Shown here: positions 55,377 to 64,000 of the stretch, piece by piece | Layout of the letters: each line of letters begins with the position of its first letter | Position numbering within the stretch: the first letter of the stretch is position 1 | Assembly (NCBI GenBank): GCA_003344405.1 | Contig: NOWV01000016.1 | Span: forward strand, 248,001 to 312,000 | Source of the DNA: Trichoplax sp. H2 | Taxonomy: Eukaryota | Reading direction: 5' to 3' | DNA: 64,000 bases | The notes under the pieces: generated by a model | The model's database searches: none | Told to the model about the DNA's origin: nothing | The model's input: only the letters and a program-made list of their open reading frames with translations | Translations under genes and position numbers: made by a program

Positions 55377-57339
55377 TTAGACAAGTTGGATTGTATCTAA
55401 TCCTGACAGAAATTCTTGAAAACTTAATAATCCGTCATGGTTGCTATCCAATTCTTCAAAGAGTATACGAAAATTCTATTGACAGAAATATAAATATTTG
55501 TATTAATGAACATTTATCTTGGGATCACGATTATATTGATTAATGGAATAAATCATAAATTTTTACTTTAGTTATTCATATTAAGAGAGTGTTAGAAGAT
55601 AAAAAAATTGATCATAAAAGCAAACTACTGAACATATTAGAAAATGAAGGCCAACTATATAGTCAAGGGGGTTGATAAAACGCATACTACAATAATTTGG
55701 CATTTAGTTCGTTATCTACCAGTTCGTTTACGAGAAGAAATTTGAAGTTAGTTTTAATTTCTTCTTTTATTGATTTCATTATATACTCAGCACAATACTA
55801 AAGTGGAATAGTAACTGATCTTTGCTACCCTCCGTAACATCTTATTTATTAACGATTACTTAATATCTCGTCTACATGATTAAATTACCTCATTGATGTC
55901 TTTCATACCGAAGCGTTGGCATACATCACGAAATTCATTTAGCTCTAAGCATTGACTTTCATCCGATTTAATTTGTAACCAAACACCTCTTAGAACGTCA
56001 TGTGCTTGAATTTTTGTTATATTGTCGTCCGAGTAAATCAAAATTTCGGAGTCATTGTCGTCATCAGATTCAAAGTTCGTCTGAGTGCTGCTGATGGAGA
56101 CTCTGCTAGAACTTCCTCTCTATTAATAAATAATTATAGAGTAACATTACTTGTTATTATCAATCTAGGGAAAGATTATATTGCGATATTTAAAATAACT
56201 CAATCTTATTTTTACGTTGCACTAAAGATATTGATTTTGTAGTAATTTATTATAAATAGCATTAAATTTAGGGACCTAAATTTATTCAATTCGAAATGTA
56301 TCGAGCTTGTACATATTGAATTAAGGATTTCTATATTATATTTGTATATATAAAATGATATGTACGGGTTATACAGTTTAAGTTCATAAGTTTATTGGCT
56401 GCTGACTGTCTTTACAGCAATCACTCACCAAGTAGACAGAAGGACATAGACTATGTCGTCTTGTCAAGGCTATAAGAAGTAATAATCAAGGATGGGAATA
56501 ATTAATCATCTGTGCCAACAGAATTTTAAATTCTTATATCGAACCCATCCTATCTTTAATATGCTAATAAGAATATATACGATTATATCTATAGATTTCA
56601 AAACCTTTATCCAATAACTCCTTAGTATGGAAATAAGTAATCATCTGCACTTATAGTATTTTGAATTTTTACATGAAATCTATCCTATCTTTAACATACT
56701 AATAAGAATATATTCGTATATATCCATATATATTTTACAACATCTAAATAATAACTCTCTAACTATGGAATTAAGTAATCATCTGCAGTTACAGAATTTT
56801 AGATTCTTACGCAGAATCTCTCTTATCTTTAACATTCTAATAATAGACATATATACTTGTATACTCGTTTATCTATCTATTTCATAGCATCAAAATGATA
56901 ACTCCTTACCCGAGATTGAATCAGTGCTACTAAATTCACTGCATGTACTACATGTAACAGACTGATCATCATTATGAAAGTACTTATGCATTAGTACGCT
57001 GACAAAGGCATCCTGAAATTGTTCATATGTAATCTAGCGAATTATAGAGAGTAAGATATGTCAGTTCTCAAACTGCTGTGAGCTGAAACAGTTTAATTTT
57101 CACTTAAAATATATATTTAACTAAGCGTGAGTATGATGTTTAGTCGAAAATTATAAACGAACTTGCTGATCCGCTGTCGAGAATAATAGACGATCTTCCA
57201 ATTGAGGCCATTGCTGATTGACATCTAGCATTTCGCATAAATGTTGGCATTCTTCAAGACTGATTAATCCATCGTGATCCCGGTCACATTTAGAGAATAA
57301 ATCTTCAAGCATGATTTCTTTTTCTTCTGTTTCAGTCAT
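55377..57339 (-). CDS. Short EF-hand-only ninein paralog (tandem duplicate of ninein exons 1-5), 5 exons, ~223 aa
   Basis: Exons 57339-57163, 57033-56910, 56469-56429, 56119-55889, 55475-55377 splice GT-AG in frame (672 nt including TAA). Intron phases 0,1,0,0 match ninein exons 1-5. Blocks ITYEQFQDAFVSVL vs ISFEQFKSGFVEVL, LELNEFRDVCQRFGMKDINE vs LDVHELKTVCEHIGMENLNEE, and LFEELDSNHDGLLSFQEFLSGL vs LFEELDENKDGTLSFDEFLHGL are clearly homologous. Confidence 0.8.
56500..56905. repeat. Intronic ~130-bp tandem repeat, 3 copies (intron 2 of the EF-hand paralog)
   Basis: TAATCATCTG...AGAATTTT...TATCTTTAA.AT.CTAATAA at about 56503, 56638 and 56777. Confidence 0.7.
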
Positions 57340-60006
57340 ATTGTTAAAATTCTTCAGCAAATAAAGACAAATTAATAATAAATATAATCAATTCCCTTTT
57401 TTATCGTACGTAGCATCTTTTTTGATGGTGTATACTGCAATAGACCATACATGTTCTGATATAATATTTACATAAGTTAATCATGCGCTGGATAAAAAAG
57501 CCAAATGTAATTAAACTAGTAGTAATAATAAAACAGTCAACAAGGTTATCATCACTGCGATAAAGATTATCTTTGTTAAAAACTATCTACTGTATTATTG
57601 CTAAAATTAATAATTAGGGATATTAGCCTATATTCTGTTACATAATTATTAATGCAGCCTGATAATAAAATTGCTATAGTAATATTTATGCATGTCATAG
57701 AAATAAGGAGATATTGCACGTATTGATAACCGGCAACTTTGATTGGTGATATGGTAATTGGTCAATTACTCGTATAATAGATTGATCTAACCATACTTAA
57801 ATTAAGTTAGAGTAGAAATTTATTCAAATTTAAAGGTTATAAAATTGAAAATAGAAGACTATTTTATTTTAATCCTTCACAAATCTTAATCCTATTGCGT
57901 CAGTGTCATCTATTTATGATCAAAGATGTTAGTTATTGATACATAAAGAACAAATAATAAAATTTATAATGATTTAAATTATCAACAATAATATTTCTAT
58001 AAAATCTTGCCCTTATTCAATAACATTCCTTAGTAAATATAATATAATTTGACTCTTTCCATAACTATTAAATGCCAAGCATGTTACTGGAATGAGAGCT
58101 TTTGAGCACCTTTCTTATACTAAAATACTGCATTTTACTTTAATTTCTTCTGAATTATAGCAATAAGTATAGTAGTCAAGATTGTATAACATGAAAAAGG
58201 ATCACTATCAACCATTATTTGTATTGCATAAAATTTGTATACATACGAATAGACATTTTTTTTATAATATTAGACGTTGAAACTTGTATCATTATGTGAA
58301 TTTGACGATAGTTTTACGTTGTCTTTCCTAATTTAAAGTGATCCACTTTTAACACTAAGTCTATCTTAATGTTTTAGTATTTTAGCTAGAGTTTCAGCTA
58401 CAAATGTACTAATATAAGATACGAATGTGGTTCGTAATGCTTGCGATAGCAGCCAATGATACCACTAGTATAAATCGGTGCTAGATTTTTCTTTAATTTT
58501 TCGTTTTGTAATGTTTAAATGCTGTTCTTTATCACTACAGTAACCGTTATTAATCCTACCTATATCAATATGCAACCTGTAATTTAAATTACGATTTTTG
58601 TTGCTTGATATGATTTCGTTCATTAAATGTGTATAGATACTATACTTTTCAATAAATTGCCAGCTACAATAATGCTGCTTTGTAACAATAACTAGTAGTT
58701 AAAATTTTCGCTAAAGTGTAAGTGATTGAATTAATGCCAGCAGTATGAATATTTTAGATAATATTATAGATATGAATTACAGCTAAAACTTGATAGTTAG
58801 ACGATTGAAAATTTTCATTCGGTAATAAACATAACCGTATAAACTGAGATAGGAGGAACAAAGCTTAGTGGTCAAGTATGTACGTGATCAAGTACGTACT
58901 TTCGTTCTTAAATAGTCCCTTGTAGGATAGTTTAAAGCACTTCAAAGCTTGAGTACATTAGTATTTCTTTTCAATCAACAACAGAGATAAAAAAGTAATA
59001 GAATAGATTAAATAGTGAGTTAATCCATTTTATAGTTACGTAGTTTGTTTAAGTAGAATTCGATCGTTGAGTCTTGAGAGTAGTATTAATTACAAAAGAA
59101 TTGCTCCATAGTTATTACGTTCGCTAAGGATGAGGGAATTGAACTTATTATTGTAATATAGCAAAATATCAGCTCGTTATTGAATAAGCAGGGAATGAAA
59201 TGAAGATACAATCTCGCACGTAAGTAATTTCGATATTTGATGAGATTGCACTGATTAAAAATCGATTATTTGGCACTATTGCGGTACGTTTATAAATCAT
59301 TGATAAAATTATATTACTTATTACCAAATTCGAAGTATTTAACATGTAAATTATGTTGTGGGAAGAAATGAAAACTTTGATAATGTCAACGGAATAAGTG
59401 ATAAAAATTATAATGAAAAAAATGAGAATTTTAGTAAATTAGAATTAGAATTTATTCTAACGAAAATCCTGTTTTATTACTTACATTTACCCTTAGACAC
59501 TAGGCCAATATTGAAAAATTTCAACCCTAAAAATGGACACGTCTAGTTGTGATTTGATTTGGCAGGCGCTTGGATTTAATGAAATCAGGGATATGAAATT
59601 GAATTTATATTGTGTTGTATAGTGGTCAACAAAGCGTCGAGGCTTAAACGAGGCGTCTAATGACATGCAGCAATTGACGAATTGAGATTAGATATGGACT
59701 TTTTCTTCATCTCCTTATATGTAAGCTACGGTACTTGTTGACTCTAATCGTGACTTATCGTAGTTTCGCTTAAACGCAATTATTGATTTGGTTTGATAAT
59801 AGCTTTTGATTAATATGTTCGCCTAATCAATCAAGAATAGATTGAATGTCAACAGACGTAATCGATCAAGAGAAATCAATGACCGATTGTCTATAACATA
59901 CTGTATTGTGTACATTGGACTGCCCATCGCGAGTAAAATGCTAGATATGATCTCATGCATTTTATTTATTTTTTTCCACTAGTGATTCACTAATCCCTAA
60001 CGGCGA

Positions 60007-60076
60007 TGACGTCAATAAAGGAAGTCGAGAGGGTTATTCAAAACTATTGTCGTGGTAGTTTTAGCTCCCATATTGG
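60007..60076 (+). promoter_or_regulatory. Possible promoter elements: palindromic CRE, Ets core and CCAAT box
   Basis: TGACGTCA 60007-60014, AGGAAGT 60019-60025 and ATTGG 60072-60076 in a locally GC-richer island upstream of the orphan exon. Confidence 0.3.
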
Positions 60077-61890
60077 CTAATGGATTACCACGACTTTATT
60101 ATCAATAGTGTGCGGTAATCTTTTGAGATAGCTCCTTTCTTTTGATTTATGTATTCTACCATGTTATCGAAGGATGAGTTTCAAAAGAATATAAAGAAGG
60201 AGCGATTAATGTTTATATTTCAGGCTACCTCTAAACGCTTCGCTGCTTGAAATAGTCGATAACTGATTCGTTTTGATTTCTTCAATTGCCGTCATCAATG
60301 GAATTATTTTATAGCATTTGTTCTGGCTTACTCATTATTCATTGTCGATGGTATAGCAACCTTATCGATGATGATTGCCGTTAGTTATTTGTTCTATAAA
60401 TTCTTTATCTACATGATTCATGGATAATAATTGTTTCATGCATCCCTCAAGATGATCAGTTAATAAATGAGGCGTGAAAAATAAAATAACATTTCCGCTA
60501 TCTTTTGATCTAGCTTTACCTATTGATGTAATAGTGATCGATTCTATTAGCTTATATTCCGTAGTCTTAAGGCTACTCTATACCATAATCAAGACAAATA
60601 ACGGTCATCTTATGCTTGGTTTATCATTCTTTACTTCTTATGCTCATGGTATAATAAAGCTATCCTAGAAGAAAATCTTCCCTCTAGCCATGCAAAGTAC
60701 CTTTTATAACTGTTTACTCTCAATCAGCTAGATATAGTATTGCTATCAATTAGACTGAAAAGTCTGACTTCAATATCATGTTTTTTAAATGAACTATCGC
60801 TGATTTCTGTAATGCATAATTCATGACATCATCTTATTCGTTGTCAAGAAGGGTCCGATATTTATGCGAATGAAATACTTTATTGGATAAATAATAAATA
60901 AAAATACCGACATGGAGAGTTACTACTGGCTTTGATACCATTCTGTTAGCTCATCTAATATCTTCTTGATCATTAATCGCGATAGTTTACTTATAGTATA
61001 AAGACATCTAGAAAGGGGTATGTTGTATTCTAGACAGGAAATATTTCTTTACACTTACTTTCATTGAACGATTATTTATTTCTTTTATTCTATTTACATC
61101 GAAATAACCCCATCCTATAGAGAATTCGACCGATACATCTTAATCATAATTTCTTGCAATTTATAATGTTTCAAATACGAATTGAATAGCCAAACAAAAA
61201 GGAATGCATCTATCTCATATTATCCAGACTATTGAATCATTTTGATTCCTTTCATGTAATCATCCATGACATCATCTTCGTTGCAAAGAATGACCGGATA
61301 TATACAAATGAAATACCTTATAATATCAAGTAAAATTCTGAAATACCGATAAATAATATTTCCGCTGTCTTTTTATGCTGCATATTTTTAATACAATCGA
61401 GTACTTAATAGCTGTGTGACTATCTTATTTACGTAATGACCCATCGTAGGCCATGAAACAAAATACTAATAACGTTGTATTAAATGAAATGTACCCACAA
61501 TCTTGTTCATCTTTGCATGTATCGTTTAAATTTCCATATAAAAATTTATTTATAGTAGACTATAAATCCTGGAAAGAAAATCGTTTGATATTATACAATA
61601 TGGATGGAATCAGTTTCGCATATGCCTCTTAGTTATCCGTAATGAATCATCGAGAAGGAATTTTATCTATATCTTACCGATAAAAGCCACGTATAATGTA
61701 GGACTGTAGATTAATTTATTATATTCTTTGTATTGGCTAGATATCTTACTCCTTATATTCCATGCTGTTTTTTCGTAGTATAATAATGTAAAACGCCCGC
61801 CTTTTCTCTAATCATTAATAGATACTCATATAACCAATATGTACCCACATTACTTTAAGTTATAATACGGTATGATATATATATCAATAG

Positions 61891-62076
61891 CACTTTAATC
61901 CCAATGTCGGATCACTAATAAGTTTGGATCCGCATGACCTATTAAAACTGATCCCGTATGTCGAATCTGTCCTAGTTTATTGTGGTTCAGGCTATGAGCC
62001 AAATAGTAACCGTTGTTTTGGAGTTGAATTACAGCCGGATCACAACAGTAACGGATTTTATAAGTGTAATTTACAG
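61891..62076 (+). CDS. Candidate internal coding exon of an unidentified gene
   Basis: atcaatag| 62 open codons (HFNPNVGSLISLDPHDLLKLIPYVESVLVYCGSGYEPNSNRCFGVELQPDHNSNGFYKCNLQ) |gtagta, with higher GC than its flanks. No family recognised. Confidence 0.4.
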
Positions 62077-64000
62077 GTAGTAAGCTGTAGCGTAGCCCTA
62101 AATATAGCTTAATAGATTATGGGATAGTTAGTTAGTACAGCCCTCGGTAGCAGACTTAATCCCATGTAATAAAGTGAATTAAGTGAATTATTTTCCTAAG
62201 ATACAGAGGTTTCATTTTTTATTGAACTTAGATTAGACACTTTATCATGTTAGCATGCAAGTGTATAAGAAGACCCTTAAGCTAAAAGGTATTTATAAAG
62301 TCTTTATAAGTAAAATGAACATGATTATAACTATGCTGCAATATTGCTACTTTCATGCAATTATATAATAATGCAGATGTGTAAAATTTGCTACTGTTAT
62401 GGCTATCTGGCTGCTTAGCAAAATTGTAATCATTGGCTTATGTCACTATGAGTATGTACTGTACTAGGTATCCTATAATTATCTTCTATTGGAAAATCTA
62501 ATATGCACCTCGCTTATATGTGTATAACATATATATAGTATACAAAGGTATTTTTAATAGTCCATGCTACTGTACTGTAATGGTACTACACGTCTAGTTT
62601 CGGACGAAACTATCGACAGGTGTAACTGTAACAACGACATTTTCCTTGATTTCTAAAAACATTTTTAGAATATTTTGATAATTTATAACCTTTCGTTCTT
62701 TTGATGTGCCTAACCATAATTGCTAATCCTCCTTTTCTTGTAGCACCTAAGTTGCTACAAACTTAAGCTTTCTATCATGGAGCACAGATATTCGAAATGT
62801 GATGTGATTGTCATAAAATCAATATAAAAATAGCGTTTTTAGCGCCAATCACGCTGCTTTAAAGTTAAAATACTAGGTGATAAAAGCAGTAAATTACTAA
62901 TAACTTAGGTATACAGGAAGAATAACGTTAACTATTATGGCTAGGCAGTTCAAATGAATAAAAAATGGCAATTTATCAAATATCCAAATGAATATTGAAA
63001 TTATTCAATGAAGTGAGATATACGTACTCGTACATAATTAATTCCATATTATGCTATACCGTGTTATTGAACGTTGACGTTAATCTTTCTAAGTTTAATT
63101 TATCAATACTATGCATTCTGAACAACCTCATATATATATAATATTTTAATAATTGTAATCAGCGTAATGCTAGTTATAGTTAATTATTGTCTCATCCAAC
63201 TAATATAGTTCCGTCTCAGTGCTCGTACATTCTTGATTCTTAAATCGATAATGTGGCTATTCTCTATAGTAGATAGTGCAATACTGTGTTGTATATTGCA
63301 GCGTTGTTTGTATATACAGTAGGATCTCTCGTGCACAACAAGAACCCAGAGATTTTCACTATAGCTACGCTAAAGGGACTTATTAAGAGAGATTAGAAGT
63401 TCTTAATATATTAATCGTAGAAAGAGTGATTTCTTTCTATCAATCAATCAAGGACCACTTTTACTATCTGTACTACTATTAGAAAGGAGTAATAAAAGTT
63501 TCTTTCTAGTCGTCCATGACTGAGACTCACTTGCATAATGTCAACCATATTTTAATTAATCATCATTATCTGATGTATATCTCACGGAACCTAAATCATA
63601 TTCGTGTAGTAAAAAAATGGTTAGATACAATAGGATTTTGAGTAGCGGTATTGTATAGCTTTGTAATTTTTTTACCTTAGTACAATGCAATGACAATAAT
63701 TCTAATCAAAATGGAGTTCATCTTATTTTGGTTGTACCATTAATATGCAGAAATATTATACAATGTATATATCTGTGTTACGGAGCCATGCTCCGAAATA
63801 TTAACTGCTATGTTAATTAAATATCTCATTTAAATTATTGTTTGCTCCAGTAGCTTATTAGATATTAATGTTTATTAATAAGTACTTGTTATTGCCAAGG
63901 TATCAGAAAGTTCAATATTGTTGACGTGCCGGAGCTAACACGCTTAGTTAGTAAACGTTAATTAATAACACCTTAAGTGTAAGGTACAATTACTTTGCAG

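Overview
AT-rich, intron-dense eukaryotic genomic DNA. The gene content and the many ~80-150 nt introns suggest an early-branching animal, probably a placozoan such as Trichoplax (inference only). Four genes were reconstructed by hand-splicing GT-AG junctions. (1) The 5' part of a minus-strand LIM-homeobox-type gene running off the left edge; its LIM1 looks most like Arrowhead/Lhx6/8. (2) A complete 28-exon choline transporter-like gene (SLC44A2/4/5 clade, ~702 aa, + strand) with a probable U12-type intron and a candidate alternative first exon. (3) A complete 20-exon ninein/ninein-like gene (~1504 aa, - strand) with a candidate 21-nt one-heptad microexon. (4) About 11.5 kb upstream of ninein, an intact 5-exon, ~223-aa tandem paralog containing only ninein's N-terminal four EF-hands, which the ORF track largely misses. 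An orphan exon near 62 kb may belong to a fifth gene. Introns and intergenic DNA carry many locally restricted degenerate tandem repeats and a MITE nested in one of them. No rRNA, tRNA or CRISPR features were recognised.
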